Source of the DNA: Octopus vulgaris | Lineage: Eukaryota | Length of the DNA: 64,000 bases | Assembly: GCA_951406725.2 (NCBI GenBank) | Contig: OX597825.1 | Location: 56,668,001 to 56,732,000 of the forward strand | Direction: 5' to 3' | In this document: in pieces, positions 44,602 to 60,239 of the stretch | Layout of the letters: each line of letters opens with the position of its first letter | Numbering within the stretch: the first letter of the stretch is position 1 | Program-made: the position numbers and the translations under genes | Notes under the pieces: model-generated | The model's database searches: none | Told to the model about the DNA's origin: nothing | Seen by the model: only the letters and a program-made list of their open reading frames with translations

Positions 44602-45599
44602 GCACATATATATGTTTGCATGTATTTCTGTACATAGCAAGCTGCCTACATACATATATACATATAGACAAGTAGACAAACACAGACTAAAACATACACA
44701 TGCATACGCATTTTCATTGAAATTTTTTGCTGGATCCGTACGGCACTGAAGCAAAGTCCATCTACTTCGCTGGTTTTATAACACGATAAAAAGTAATATT
44801 AAGAGGTCAGCTTTACATGCAGTGACACAAAATAACACTACTGGCGATATAGATCACAACCACGAAACCTTCTAAACCGATTCCATATAAATAGTAGAAG
44901 ATAACGCCATGCACAATTACCCTATCACCACAAACTGTAGCACGAGCATTGTAAGAATGGAGATATGCAGTGGTTCGCTTTCAAAAACACGGCTTCATTC
45001 AATCTTTTACTCCATTGTTATTCTCGACTGTATTGCCATTGGAGTTTATGATCTTTTTCTTCATCACGAGTGTAATTTTACTTGATAACCTTTTGTGATT
45101 TAACTATATGTCCTTCATGTAGTATAATTTTTGGCTGCGGTGCAGTAAGGGCCCTGCAAACGGTTCCAATGGAAATGTGTATATTGGTGTATATTTGAGT
45201 CATTATATATACTCGAAAATCTACCCATCTCCGATAAAGGCATAAAATAAGGGAGGGAAGTCTCAACAGAAGTATGTATTGAGAAATGTGTAAATGGATT
45301 GATAGATTACTGGATGATGTCTTGGAGAAGATGTCTTGGGGATACAGCATTTTGTTGCAACTATATGATGTATTTGCGAGTAAGTAACATGTGATGACGA
45401 TTCACTCCCGAACTGAAGTAGGCTCCCAGCCTCTTAATCTTATATGGTTATGTGGACCACTCCTAACGTAAGCCAGAGCTTCCTTCAACCACTACATAAA
45501 AAGTATTAGGGAAAAAAATGTTATTTAGATATACTTTTATTTTTGTTGTTTACATTATTTTACGCTTGCTTGTACTCTTACACATTCAAAGTTCACAAA

Positions 45600-46000
45600 T
45601 TTCCCTATGCCATATATGCAGCGTGCATTCCTTTCGGATAATTAGTTGATAATTCTTTCTGTAGTTAATTGAATGGACAAAGATTCTTCAGAGCACAACC
45701 CACACCACCTGGAAAGTAGGATGTATGGTTGAGCGTGTCTTATATGTGTCCAGGACAGTTCATAATTAATGTTGTCTGATTTTAATTACCACAAAATTCC
45801 GACAGCGATGTTACACGTCTCTTAGTTACGTTTTTTAAGCTTGAGATATGGTTGCGAATCTTTTCTTAAATGTATAGACCATTGTACCTATATACACATA
45901 TGGGCCTCCTCGTATGTGTACAGTGCATTTATATACGAGGTTACGACTCGTACAGAGGTTACACAACGGGCATCTTAATTTATCCCACACGTTGTTATAG
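45600..46000 (-). pseudogene. Degenerate PLE GIY-YIG domain with Cys motifs
   Basis: CPLCNLCTSRNLVYKCTV...YIGT..TFKKRF, then after a frameshift LW*LK..INYELSW...AQPY...CGLCSEE...IN*LSE...C. Confidence 0.75.
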
Positions 46001-46229
46001 AGACATACTGTTATTCCCGGCCAGTCTGCTGTTCTCGTTGCATCTCGGTTCCTGTTTGCTATACTGTTGTTATGCAGACTCGCAGAGTTATTTAGGATTT
46101 GGTTGTTATTATATCTGAACTGGTTAGTGCTGTGGGTTGCTGCTTCATACACGGCCTTTTGACTTCAAAAGTTCATACCTGCACCAATTGAACCTTATGT
46201 CGTGTCAGATATTGAAGTATTCCCTACAA

Positions 46230-46500
46230 GTTTTAGGCATAGTTGACAGTTTTGTTCACACGAGCAGCATCTAGTCGAAAGATGGCTCCCTAGATGAAGA
46301 AATACAATTACATATTGAGAAGACATCCGTAACACTTGGGAAGCTTGAAAAGAGAGTCTGAGCAAATAGCAGTATCACCACAAACTGAGGGTCTACAAGG
46401 CTTGCGTACTAATGAGTCTATTGTACTCCACTGGAACATAGTGCACCGTGAATATTGAAAGTTATTCACTTAGATTGTATTGAAGATATATAAGAGTGCA
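46230..46500 (+). mobile_element. RTE-clade LINE remnant
   Basis: Degenerate DGSLDEEI...LGKLEKRV...KLRVYKACVLMSLLY. Confidence 0.6.
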
Positions 46501-47729
46501 GTTAGAACGGTGTTATAGAAAAGACTGCCACGTATGGTGTTGTTAAGCTTTGTTTTGAGCACATACTTGACTTAAATGCCTTCTATCCTGCCTTTATTCT
46601 CTTTGGAAAAACGATTTAAGCATTTCGGTCGAGATGGAAAAGAATAGCGCAATCAAAACGGAATTGGAAGCGCATTGTGACTAGCAGCATAAACAGCATC
46701 TGATGGTCTGGTCGATACTGTAATATTGTGATATATGCTCTACGCGTATTGTGTAATTTACTTAATGCATCATGTTCCAAATATATTCTGTTAGATAATT
46801 TATTCTGGATGTATATATACATCACCTAACTCGAATCCTTCCATTCGTTAGGATCTGGAGTCTATAGTCGACGGTGGAATACGAGCTGTAAGTGTACCTC
46901 TGTATGACTTCGATGATACTTTGTGGATTCAGTCAGTTGTGAATATATGCATAACTGGAAGAACAAATCCTTATTTACTTTAGTAAGTATGTATATGTCA
47001 GTATACATGGTCGCTACACAGGTGCACTATCCCCGATTTTACCTTGGTGCTTTAACTATTTAAAGACCTGATTCATTTGAATACTGAAAAAAATGTGTGT
47101 GTGAGTGTGTAATGTTTTAACGGTTGTTCTAATGAAACAATTCCCATAAGCGCTAGGAAAGATAATTTGCAAAATGAATATAGATAAATCAATAACTGGT
47201 GACTTGTTAATGAGCATGACACGAGATTGGGCAAAATATGAACTGTTGAAATGATTACAAAGTTATAATTTTAATATCGCCGACTCCATTTTTCGACGTT
47301 TATTATATTTTAAAAAATATATATAATACACAAAAGTTTTGAGACGGGTTTTATTCAACAGAGTTCATGTTTGAGCTTTTAAGTAGGGATACAATTTTAC
47401 TGTTGGGGTTAATTGGTATGTTTGGTGTTTGCTTAAGTAAATTGTACTCAGTACGTATGTCTATATAGTATGCACTAATGTAAAAAGCATAGTTTATGAA
47501 AATGTTTTTCACGTGATATTCAATTGTAACTGTTTATGTTCATTTGGTTTTCCTGGCACATGAACAATAAATACAATAACTAAAACATTTACAGCAATGA
47601 AACCAACTTTGTTATAATATATTCTTCGTTGTGGTTCAGCCGTATTATGTTTGTTGATCTTTTGTTGTTTTCATCTTTTTTTATATATAATTTCACATCT
47701 AGAACAAAATACATGCGATACGTGTGTGC

Positions 47730-47809
<80 letters not shown>

Positions 47810-47936
47810 ATGTATATGTATATGTATATATATATATGTGTGTGGATGTGTGTGTATATATATGTATGTATCTATGTATGTATTGTATGTATGTATGTAT
47901 ATGTATATATATATATATATATAATATATATATATA

Positions 47937-48012
<76 letters not shown>

Positions 48013-48038
48013 CATGTATATAATATTATATTGTATTA

Positions 48039-48098
<60 letters not shown>

Positions 48099-48502
48099 CA
48101 CATACATTATTGCGTCAAGCTTGATTGTTGCCCTTTTTATCAACGTAACAACAGTAGCTATAATGTAACAACGTAAATTTAATATGGCTTTGTGTATGTG
48201 TGTATGTGTGTTTTATTGTTTTGTTGAACACAAGAACGATTACTACAACAGCAATAACATGACAATAACTATACACAATTTTGTTGTATGCCTTGTATGA
48301 CTTTTATTATTGTTAGTTTATCGACACAGAAATAACTATGTGACTGCAACAGCTACAGAAACAATAACAGAGTTTAAACATAAATTGTTGTGGTTTCGGC
48401 GAGCTTGTTGTTTTTTTCACAAAGCAACGGCTACCACCACTAACACGGCTGTTACTACTACAACTATTACTGTTGCTGCTGCTACCGCAACCACTACTGC
48501 TT

Positions 48503-48556
<54 letters not shown>

Positions 48557-49036
48557 TTACTACTACTACTACTACTACTATTACTATTACTACTACTGCT
48601 GCTGCTGCTGCTACCACTACTACTACTACTATAATAACAAGAACATAATCAACAAAAGTTCTAAGAACATGGCTACAGTATTTGTTATGATCTGTCTGTG
48701 AGGACATAAGTTATGTGTGTACGCGTGTGTGTGTGTGTGACTGTACGTATGTATGTGTGTGCAGTTTATATTGATGTGGACACATACACACACACACACA
48801 CACACATACTACATATCCACACATATATATAATATACGTATATTATATTATATATATAAAATTTGTCTTTGTTGCATTTTCGTTTAGATACTTTTTTATA
48901 TTTTATTTTATTTTATTTTTTAGTTTGCAACACACCACAACTCCTTCAACAACGTCGCCAGCTACCCATTGTATTTCGCAATCATCATTATCAACACCAA
49001 TATTATCCTTAACATCCATTTTGTTAGCTGTTGTTG

Positions 49037-49115
<79 letters not shown>

Positions 49116-49176
49116 CATCATTATTATTATTATTATTTTTATTATTATGATTATTATTATTATTTTTATCATTATG

Positions 49177-49212
<36 letters not shown>

Positions 49213-49694
49213 TCACCTTTTTTTAATTATATTTTTATATTATGGGTTTTCTTTTTCTTCTTTTATCTTTCTTCATTTGACTTTATTTTTAGTTGTTTGT
49301 TTTTGTTTTCAATTTTTTGAGGGTTTTTTATCTTTATCTTTTCATTTATGTGTTGCCGCCAACATAAAACATAATCGTGACACGGTCCTGCAGTGGACTT
49401 GAAAAAGGTGATCAATGGTTGGGGAGTTGATCTCCTATAATAGATGAGGTGTGTTCCATCGTGACTGATGCTCACCATTTCATTATGATCAACTGGAGAG
49501 TCTCTTCAATTCATAAGTGAGTGTATTGCCAGCATTTTAATTTGAAGTTCGTGATCACATCACTATACAAACTGAACCAAAATTACAGAAGTGTGTCATA
49601 GATATTATCAAAGATTGGCGGGCTTTTGTTGGCCATTTTCTTTACCAATTTTTTCATCTTATTTCATTTTTTATTTTCATTTCTTTCAGTTAGA

Positions 49695-49757
<63 letters not shown>

Positions 49758-49849
49758 CAGTAGTAGCTGTAGTAGTAGTAGTAGTAGTATATTTAAGTTA
49801 TTACTATGATAATAATATTTTCAAGTTACTACTATTATTATTATCGTTA

Positions 49850-49910
<61 letters not shown>

Positions 49911-50041
49911 GTTTTGAAGTTGAATTTTGCTTTTTTTCTTTTTGTTTTTAATTTTCTTCCTACATTTTTTTTCTTAAAATTGCTTCAACCGCTTTCATAT
50001 CGACAGCAAAAGGAAGATGTTATAATAATAATAATAACAAC

Positions 50042-50128
<87 letters not shown>

Positions 50129-50840
50129 TAATGATGATGATGATGATGATGATGGAAGAAAGACAGAAAGAAAGAAAGAAAAAGAGCTTTCCTAAAAATT
50201 CTACACGAAACCATTTCTTTCCGCTTTCTGTATGTGCATGTGTTTATATGTGCATATGTGTATGTATGTATGTGCGTATGTATGTATGTTTGTGTGCGTG
50301 CATGTATTCGCAATCTTTTTCTTTCGTTCCTTGCTATTTTCCCCCAGTTAATAATCAACATTTTTCAATGATTCCAGAAAGAAATAAAAGAAAATTTTCT
50401 GTGACTTCAAATGAAAAGCATAATTCGATGGATCAAAATATTTGAGAAATATTTTTTTTTGAAATTCCAGAAAAAAAATTAGGTGCATGTGCGCATGCGC
50501 ATGAATATGAGTGTGTATGTGTGTCTGTGTGTGTGTGTGTGAGGTGTAATGATCTTTACAGAAGTTGGCTCACCAAGTGGTTGAGGCTTGGACCAACATC
50601 GTATGTCATGGGTTCAATCCCAGTAATGTTCCTGGCTGGGTCGTTGTAGTGGTGTTTCTTGGCTTAACGCTTTGTTCTACATAACCCATCTCCTTTACGC
50701 TTAGATTTCGCTTGGAACAAATATATTGGCCCTGGACTGACCTAACTAAGAAATCCACAGACCCGGTATCAGCTCTAACACCAAGGACACACCCTACAGG
50801 TGTATGCTTAGAAACGGTCCCATCTATTCTTGCCATTTTC

Positions 50841-50898
<58 letters not shown>

Positions 50899-51039
50899 AG
50901 GCGGCGAGGTGGCAGAATCTTTAGATTGCCAGGATATGTGAGAGAGGGGGAACGAAAGAACGAAGAGTGGAATGAACGAAGTAAGTGTGAAGGGGCTGAT
51001 AGAAAGAAGGAAAGAATGAAAGAATAGAAAGAATAATAG

Positions 51040-51760
51040 AATCGTACAAAATTTAGATATATATATATAATTACATATAAGAGACCAAAGTGTACGTACG
51101 CCGCTATATTTTATATATAAAAAATACAAAAATGGGACAAGAACGCAAAACATCCAGACAGATAGGTGATACAAAAGAGGGATAACAAAACATCCAGACA
51201 GTTAGGTGATACAAAAAGGGACAACAAAACAGTTGATGTAAAGAAAACAAGGACGGGTCATCCGGAGTTTTCTTTCTTCAGTCGAGTTCCAGTTTATCTT
51301 TGCAATTTCGGCTGGTTATACTCGAGATTGCTCTAATCTGGCCAGCCCCAAGGAAAAACTAAGCTAAGAGCACTAGATTCCTTGGAAGAAAGCAGCGAAT
51401 GTATACGAAAACAAGGACGGAAAAAAACTGAGAAATTGTACACAAATACAAATAATAGGACATAACAACAGGTGTCTTTCGACTAAATACGAATTAAATT
51501 AAGCTGGCGTGTATGGAAGTAAAGCCTTACAGCAGGCTCATAAGATTTGACAGGTACAGGGAGGAATATAGATGTTGCACGGATAGTAGTCGAGCCAAGA
51601 AAGAAAAATGAGGTTTGGCCGAACACCGGTCACGTGGGGAGAGAAGAGAGAGAAGTGGAAGCAGAGGGATGAAGAATTAAGGAGGGGCGAGAAAAAATGA
51701 AAGGAACAGAGTGAAGTGAAAGAGGAGGGAAGGTGAGCATGAAGAGAAGGCCAGATGTTC
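51040..51760. mobile_element. Probable PLE-like repeat with an internal ~41-bp tandem duplication
   Basis: caaaacatccagacag.taggtgatacaaaa occurs twice (~51146-51230). Minus strand has GGCUGG...CCAGCC-GAAA, a hammerhead-like remnant. Confidence 0.4.
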
Positions 51761-51784
51761 ACCTCCTTGAATTTATTATTATTA

Positions 51785-51822
<38 letters not shown>

Positions 51823-51823
51823 T

Positions 51824-51855
<32 letters not shown>

Positions 51856-51872
51856 GATGTTGATGTTGATTA

Positions 51873-51925
<53 letters not shown>

Positions 51926-52482
51926 GGTCCCCTCCCCCAAAATGTTAGGCCTTGTGCCTTCAGTAGAAAGGATTATTATTATTATTTTTATTTTTGAGTG
52001 AGAGAGCACTAGGGTAAAATATACGAAGCCCAGTATACCCATCATGATTACTTCTCTGATATCGGTACACCAGACACATGCATCACAACCATATGTGCGC
52101 GACATGGTGATCTCATATCAAGATAAACAGCGCATGAACTTGCAGGTGGGGACCCAGTTAGAATTTTCTTCTGGTCGAGTAGCCCATCCCACTCAAAAGG
52201 TTCCTAAATAATGGTTGATTAAGGATGTTGAACCAAACACCCATGTCTCCAGAGGTGAATTATCCAAATCCCAAAGAACTCTTCTCGACCCATAGCTATG
52301 ATACTCAACCATTACTTCTGCTCGTGATCAGAGGTGCACATATCGTCAGCCATTAAGGGACATGCTCAACTGGTTAAGGTCAAACAACTGTGGTATTGAG
52401 CAGAATATTTGCCCGTCTTTTATACCATTATCATTATTATTATTATTATTAGTAGTAGTAGTAGTAGTAGTAGTAGTAGATT

Positions 52483-52564
<82 letters not shown>

Positions 52565-52568
52565 TGTT

Positions 52569-52604
<36 letters not shown>

Positions 52605-52624
52605 TTTTCTCTTTATCTCAGTTT

Positions 52625-53325
52625 TTGTTGGAGCTTCTGGAGTCTTGCATGCGTAGCGGGCAGCCTACGGTACCATGCTATTCATTCTTTTCAGCCATCT
52701 AGTACCTTCCTGATGATCCTGGCCGTGCCCAGAAGGCAAATCTTTTGTAACAGTTCTACTGGTCACTCTATTCCAATTTACTTGATTTTCCTCTTCTGAT
52801 ACTGTCCCCAAGGACCCAACAAAAATTGGCCTTATCCTCACTTTCTTCATTTTACATAGCCGGGCTATTTCGTACTTAGGAGGGTTTTATCTATCTATCT
52901 TTATGCCTTCCTTCTTGACTATTGTGGGTCAAAGGGGCATGCAGCTATAACTATATAGCACCTGTGGTGCATCTTGTCGACCACCATTATGTCTGGTCTG
53001 CATTGCTCTAGCACCTGATCTGTTTAGATTGGGAAATCCCAGTGGGTTTTGCTGGTCTCCGACTCCACCACTCTCTGCAGTTTGTGCTCATACCACGTCT
53101 TGCCTCTCTATAGTCCCCACTTTTCGCACAGTTTCCAATGTAGCACTTTCGCTACCTGGTCGTGTCGCCACAACTCGTAGTGGTTTTGGGCATGTCTAAT
53201 GGCGTTCGGTCGTGATATGGACAATGGTTCCATCTACTCTGTTGCAGATGCAGCACATCGGAGACACTTGCTCATTCCTAAGATTAACCCACCGGTTCGT
53301 GGCCAAAGCTTGGTCTTGCGAATTG
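52625..53325 (-). mobile_element. R4/Dong-like LINE remnant (zinc knuckle + RLE)
   Basis: RHDQVAKVLHWKLCEKWG..WYEH...WDFPI*TDQVLE.CRPDIMVVDK and PIFVGSLGTV. Confidence 0.8.
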
Positions 53326-53344
53326 TTATTATTGTTATCATTAT

Positions 53345-53390
<46 letters not shown>

Positions 53391-53436
53391 AACATTATTA
53401 TTATTATTATTATTGTTAATATTATTATTATTATTA

Positions 53437-53509
<73 letters not shown>

Positions 53510-56500
53510 CCGTACCAACCGAAGACGTCTTTTCGCTCGTGAGAGTATTGCTTTAATTTCTGTCTCCAAAAGTTGTTGTTTTATTAAAACGATTATTAAA
53601 TCCACCACCAGTGTATAGGTGTGGTTTGTTTGTTATTTTGTGCTCCTTTAAGGTGTCAATTTCGAAAAGAAAATATTCATTTTGTTTTGGAAAAAAAATT
53701 TTATAAACAATTATTGCGTCGACCTCCTAGCTAGCAGACATAGAGGGAGTAAGAGGTAGCTTTGATAGTGAGTTGCAAGACAAGTTATAGTCCCCCGCTT
53801 TCTACCCTTAGATGGAAGGGGAGGTAAGCACTCACAAAGTTTAAAGTACAGCGGACCACTCTTTAACTATGATAAGAAATAGCAACATCAACAACAACAA
53901 CAACAGCACAGCACGGAAATTTAATTCCAGTTATGAGACAGAATTTCCCTCAGTGAGATAATAGCAAAGACATCAACTAATAGCGACAACAAGACTACGA
54001 GCTCGGCTACACCAACTCCACCACCACTAACACCACTGCAACGACATAAATTATGATAGCGGAAAAAACAAAAACAACAGTTACCCCCAACTTAAACAGC
54101 AACAATATTTCCATTGTGAATAACAACATCAGCAACAATAATAATACATTCACAGCAACGGCTGCAAAAGGCACAGTGCTGTACAGGATGGACATCCTTC
54201 AGAAGAATATATGTCTGGTCCAAGCGATCAAACTGATAAGGCAGGAAAAAGCGCAGATGTACATTGCCGCCACACCTCACCAAGGTGTTGGAAGAAACAC
54301 AAGAAAACAGTAATTTATAAATGTATTCCTATAAACACAAAGCAGCCGGAGACAACTAGTCAAGCAGATGTGGAAGGTCACTGAAGGAGATAATGCCCAA
54401 CATTCAGCATATCTTGAGAGCTAAGCAGTTTGTAGGCAGTGCTCTTCAAGACGGAAGTTCTGACCATCAAATACTCCGTGGTTCCCTGTCGAATGGAAAA
54501 ACATATGCTCCATCCATCGAATTTAGGAAGGAGGACGGCGAGGATAAAGAAATCAGGAATTCCATCGGAGGTAAACTTATGGTGGATTTTAGCGTGCATT
54601 GTTTTGGACGGGAGTAACAGCCTCCTGAAGGTGAAGCAAACTCGTCGTAAAAGTGTGTCTCGGATCAGTGTGGAGGCGCTACTCCACATTAAACCAGACA
54701 TGATCCACAAGATCCCAGAGCTCATTCGCCTGGTGGTGGTGGTGGTTTTGGAATGAATTTCCGATTCATTGAACTGTCGGAAAAATTACGTTGTGATATT
54801 TAGTTACGACTCGTTATATTCTAAGATCGATTCCCATCGTGGTCGGCTTTGCCTTTCATCCCTTCGAGTCAACGAAATAGAGTATCAACCATAAACTTTA
54901 TATACAATAGAATACCAACCATTCTTCCTAAAATTGCAGACCTTGTACCTTTGAAACCATGATTGTTATACTCAATCGATAGCGCGCCAGACAAAGCAAC
55001 TCAGCGTTTACTTTTGAGCTTCTCGTTTTTATTTCAAATTCGTCATTGTTGTTCTTTTTTCGATGTTTAGTTAAATATATGCCAGTCATATGATGGGATT
55101 GAGTAAGTCAGGTTTACTCTATCTTGCGCCCATATAAAATGCCTTGCGGTATTTCTGCCGTTCATCTTCTGCGTTCAACTCCCGCAGCGCTCAACTTCAA
55201 TTTATATCTTTCCAATCAAATACTGATGGTAGTATCGACTGACGCTTTCCCCTCAAAATTGCTGGCCTTGTACCTACATTAGAAGCTCCTGTGGGGAGGT
55301 GATACGGCAGAGTCGCTAGAAGGTAGAAAAACTGTTTAATTGTATATGTTCTTGCTGTTTATGTTTCGAGTTCAAAAACTTACTCAGTTTTGCCATTCAT
55401 CTCTTCATACCTCCAGAGTCGATAAAATAAAGTACCTGTCAACTGTGAGAATGATGGAATCGAAAAAACCCCCGCTCAACTCACTCAAAACTTCTGGTCT
55501 TGTACCTAAATTAGAAACCATTATTATAAGAAGTAGTAATAGTGGTGCTAGTAGTCAGTATTATTATTAGCTGTAGTAATGTTGGTGGTGATGTCTTAGC
55601 GGAGACTGGATCTTTGGATTAGTTTTTTTTGTTATATTTCTAGAGATGTGCTTTCTTCCACTGGTTTTTCTTTAACTCCTAAACGAGTACAAAGCAATGG
55701 AGAAAGCTAAATAACGAAGACATTTGTTCTGAGAGCCTACAGTTTCTACCTAACGCCCTCTCCTTAATAAATAATTGTGATTTATTTCCACCAGGCACCA
55801 GATCAATGTTTGTAAGGAGGTAGTGTTCAGAAGTGTATGTATTACTACAAACTATTCCTTCGAATCTTCAAAGAAATGCAAGTTCAAAGTTCGTCTTTAC
55901 TGAGATTTAACACAGACTTCAGTGCATCGAGTCTATATTCCTGTCTATTGTTCCTAGATCTTGTTAAAACACTGCTTTCTGTTAAATGTCTGACAGTGGG
56001 TGTCGTATATAAAATTATAATTTTTCAGAATAATCTTTAGAGTTAAAAATATTTTTTTATAAATATTTAGTAATATTGCGTTTCGAGTGATATGACACCT
56101 GTTCTTACTACATTCGCATTTAGGATGTACCAAACAATATAAATCAACCTCAGCACATAACTGGTACTTTCTTTTACCGAAAGGAAAAATTCAAGCGATT
56201 CTGCCAATCAACTTTATTTCCGAGCAGTGTCATCTTCATTAGATTAAAAATAGAACTTTCTCGTGCAAATCCAGTATACTACGTATATACAGACAAGGTG
56301 AATGTCCATAACTTTATATTTTATGGACTTTCAGATGATCTATATGACTTCAATGTTGACTTTCAAACTTCTCCATTCAGAATAAATATTTCCAGATTGT
56401 AGATTTTTTTTTTCTTTTTTACAATTCTTCGCATCTGTCGACTTCGAATGTTACTGTGCCGTTCCCTGCCTCCTACATTGTTTTCTCAGTTGCTGATATC

Positions 56501-57212
56501 GATTTTCACATCTCAAAGTTGGCTTTTAAGATATCTCTCATTACCTTCTGTTGTCCACCTCAATTTCCTAAATTTCTTTAGTCTTCTTTGAGCTAAATCT
56601 TGGAGATTTTCTTCCGCAGTTGCTTGTCTTTAATCTGAACGACACGACCACTTCATCTTAGTGGATTCATAATAAAGAAACCTATTGTTTTTGCTTCATT
56701 TACTACACTAATGTTGTTTCATTTTCTGACAGCCTTATATATTTAAGATATTTTGAAGACATCGTCGATGGAATATTTTGAATCCCATTAGACGTTATCC
56801 AAATTTCGGATGCCTACAGAATCATCGGAATCACCTCTGCTCTCTACACTAATATTTTGGCACGTCTACGATGCCTCGATCATGAAAGCCTTGACCAGAG
56901 ATATCCAAAAGCTGTTCCATTGTATTTAAGACAAACTTACAAGCTGCACTCTGTGCGGACTTTTAAACTAGCTCCTGCGGATGGTTAATTGATCCTGTGG
57001 CCCAAAACTACAGGGAGCAATATTAATAAAGCATTTATCGGTACCCTACCAGTATGGTATTACTTTAAATTCAGTTTAAATGAATAACTTGTAAGTTCAC
57101 AAATTTTGGGAGTTCTTTTAAAATTTGAATTTTCAACTGTTAGCATATAGCAAATCTTCATTCAGACCTGATCCCAATGATGGATGTTCAAGAACCACAC
57201 ACACACACACAC

Positions 57213-57289
<77 letters not shown>

Positions 57290-57291
<2 letters not shown>

Positions 57292-57702
57292 TAAAGATCT
57301 TGAAATAGAAATCAGCAAAATGTGGAAGCTGAAGACTAAAACAATACCTATTGTCATAGGTGCCCTGGGAATGATAGCAAAAGGGGCAGATAGCTACCTA
57401 ACTCAGATACCAGGAAACCCCAAAATGGCAGAAATTCAAAAGATAGTGCTCATGGGAACTGCTCATATCCTACGCAAAATACTTTCTATGTAATCTCAAG
57501 GTTTAAAACAAACATAATTTTCGGTTTAAAAAAAAAAAAAAAAAATTTTTTTTAGACATTCATTAGTACAACACCCCCACCCCCCAAATATATGGCACAC
57601 TAGGCATAACAACAACATGAACTTCCAACCCTGTTGTCTCTTGAGGTCTCTGGGTGAGACTTGGAGCCAACTTGTACAAATATAAAGCAAAAGTCAAACA
57701 TA

Positions 57703-57705
<3 letters not shown>
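57290..57705 (+). mobile_element. 5'-truncated R4/Dong-clade non-LTR retrotransposon in (TAA)n
   Basis: Open frame 57290-57493 YKDLEIEISKMWKLKTKTIPIVIGALGMI...IQKIVLMGTAHILRKILSM* (RLE C-terminus), then a 3' UTR. (TAA)n on both sides. Confidence 0.85.
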
Positions 57706-57751
<46 letters not shown>

Positions 57752-58189
57752 TTGAGGGAAGCCTGATACTATAGTAGAAGACACTTGCCCAAGGTCCCAC
57801 ACAGAGGGACTGAACGCAGAACCATATTGTTGGGAATCAAACTCCTTACCACGCAGCCACGCCTGCATATTAAATTTTCTAAAATATAGTTTTTATATAA
57901 GGAATTTTTTATAGTTTTAGTGTTTTAATGTATACTGTATCTACAAGGTATTTTAAAATAAAATGAGTGAGAAGTATGTATGTGTGTGAAAGGGAGAAAG
58001 AAAGAAAGAATTCGTGTGTGAAACAGGAAGAGAAGGATAGATGTTTATCATTTCATTACAACTAACCTTCTTTCGCCATCTTTTTTCATCGATTCTCTCT
58101 GTTTTACCTTTAAATTATTCCGGAATGATTTGGGATTCGTTAAGAAATAATTAATTTGTTTCACGACAGACATTTCATAAAAGGTAAAG

Positions 58190-58984
58190 GAAACGATATA
58201 CCTTCTAAAAATAAAAGTATTTTTAAAAAACAAAAGATGACAACACTGTGGCTAGGAGATAACAGTTTACTCAAAATAGCCGCCCTCAGCTTCCACTGAG
58301 AATGGCTCCAGAACCTAATGCATATGACCCTCGTTGAGTCTCTGGGAAGATCTTCAAATATCTCCATGATCTTGGCCAGTAGTTCGGCTAGATATTGTAT
58401 GCAGAGTGGTTGGTGTCACACACATATTAATCCATGAGATTAAAATCGGAGGAATTAGGAGGCCAGAAATTGGACCTGGTGATGTCGTAGAAATTCTCTG
58501 ACAATCACTTCTCACTCTTTCCAGAGTTATGGCAAGAAGCCGAATCCCACTGCCACACATATGGCCTTCCAGCAGTAACTCTCTCCAGCCAGGGATTGAC
58601 CACATATTGATCTGAATTCAAAGATGTGAGTATGAAGTCAGGCGTGCAGATGCAGTCAGAACACCTGCTGTGTCCCTTTCTGCTGGCCATAGTTTGGTAA
58701 TCTCCACTGCAGCTGTCCATGTCACATTTTACAGCCTTTACAGAGTTCACAGAGCATTGAGCAGCAGTCATGATGTCGGCATTTTGATACCCACACGAAT
58801 CATAATGCATCACATAACTTTTTTCCAATATTCAGATGGCTTCCAATCCTCCGTATCAGCTACATTTTTCTCAACAAAAGCTAAAATTTATGCTCTTCAA
58901 CACCGTTGACTATTCACCAATACTTTAAGCTGATCCTAAAAACAGGAGACATAAAATCGTCAAATATAACCCGGACACCCTGTA
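58190..58984 (-). mobile_element. maT-like remnant related to the 38.9-kb copy
   Basis: WLERVTAGRPYVWQWDSASCH; shared aaaatagccgccctcag; end TACAGGGTGTCCGG. Confidence 0.75.
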
Positions 58985-59046
58985 TATATTTATACATGCA
59001 CTTGCGTACAAATGAATACAGTTATGTTTGAATGTATGTATGTATG

Positions 59047-59080
<34 letters not shown>

Positions 59081-60239
59081 TGTATGTATGTATGTATGTA
59101 TGTATGTATGTATGTATGTATGTATACATGCATGCTTGTATGTATGTATTCTACTTGTGTATGAGAAAGTAAAACTATTGCCTTATAATTTTCTCTTCAC
59201 TTTCATTGTCTTCTTTCAGCTATGACTGGACGTATTTTCCTGATTCACTATTTTAAACACGTGATCTTTGTTAAATCGTTCTCTGCTATGGTAGCTATCA
59301 GAAATCCCATGCGCCTTAAAGAGTTCAGTGAGTGTTCCTGCCAACAAGTTTATTTATCTAATAGAAAAACGTTACATTAGAACATTACGTTCAGAAATTT
59401 TATATTTAAAGATTAGTTCAAGAATGGTTTTTCTTGAATTTTAGACCAAGCCCTTGATCGCTCAAATGCACTTTCTGACTTAATACAACGCGTTAATGTT
59501 GTATTTTTATCAGAGAATATGACATCATTGGTGCAACCAATGGATTAAGAGTGAGAGCTAACTTTTGTTCAGACTATTGAAAACAGGTTGAGAGCAAAGG
59601 CTATTAAACTTCAACAAAGAATTCATTGGAAAATATTAATGGCGCATGGTACGAGATATAATTCTTTATTGCGCAAATAATTTTTGTGAATTTCAGGTTG
59701 AACTTATAGAGGTCAGAGCAGAAATCACTTAACATGGTTTATATTTGGGAATGCCAGATAATCGCAGGTCTTCTATGGTGTGAACCCGAATAACAAAAAC
59801 TTTTTACTTTAAACGCCTCAACGTGCATATGATATGGATGAAGCTGCGATGAAAATTAAAAGATTCTCACTAAAGATCCAATGCAATTTTTAAAGCTTTT
59901 GGGGGATGAAACCAGGCTATAATGGATATTGACACAAATGCATAGAGGGAGAAGTAAATCAAAAGACAAGCTAAAATTTCACTCGGTCAGAATAGGGTTA
60001 TGCACCAACGGAAGGAAAACCTGAAACAAACATTGCTTTTACAATCTTAAGGAAACAAATACGGCGAGCAGGCCGGACAAAATTTTGAGTTCAAATTCCG
60101 CCGAGGTTGCCTTGGGCTTTCATCCTCTCAGTTTCGATAAAATAAGTAGCAATTGAACAATGGAGTCGATATGATTAACTCTCTACTCAGGCATTTTGTT
60201 TTGTTTCATTTTCTTTTCACCTTTGCTGATATCATTAGA

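Noticed and set aside
53700-54760. ORF cluster in GC-richer sequence
   Set aside because: Short, frameshifted and without a motif I can assign; probably a decayed retroelement.
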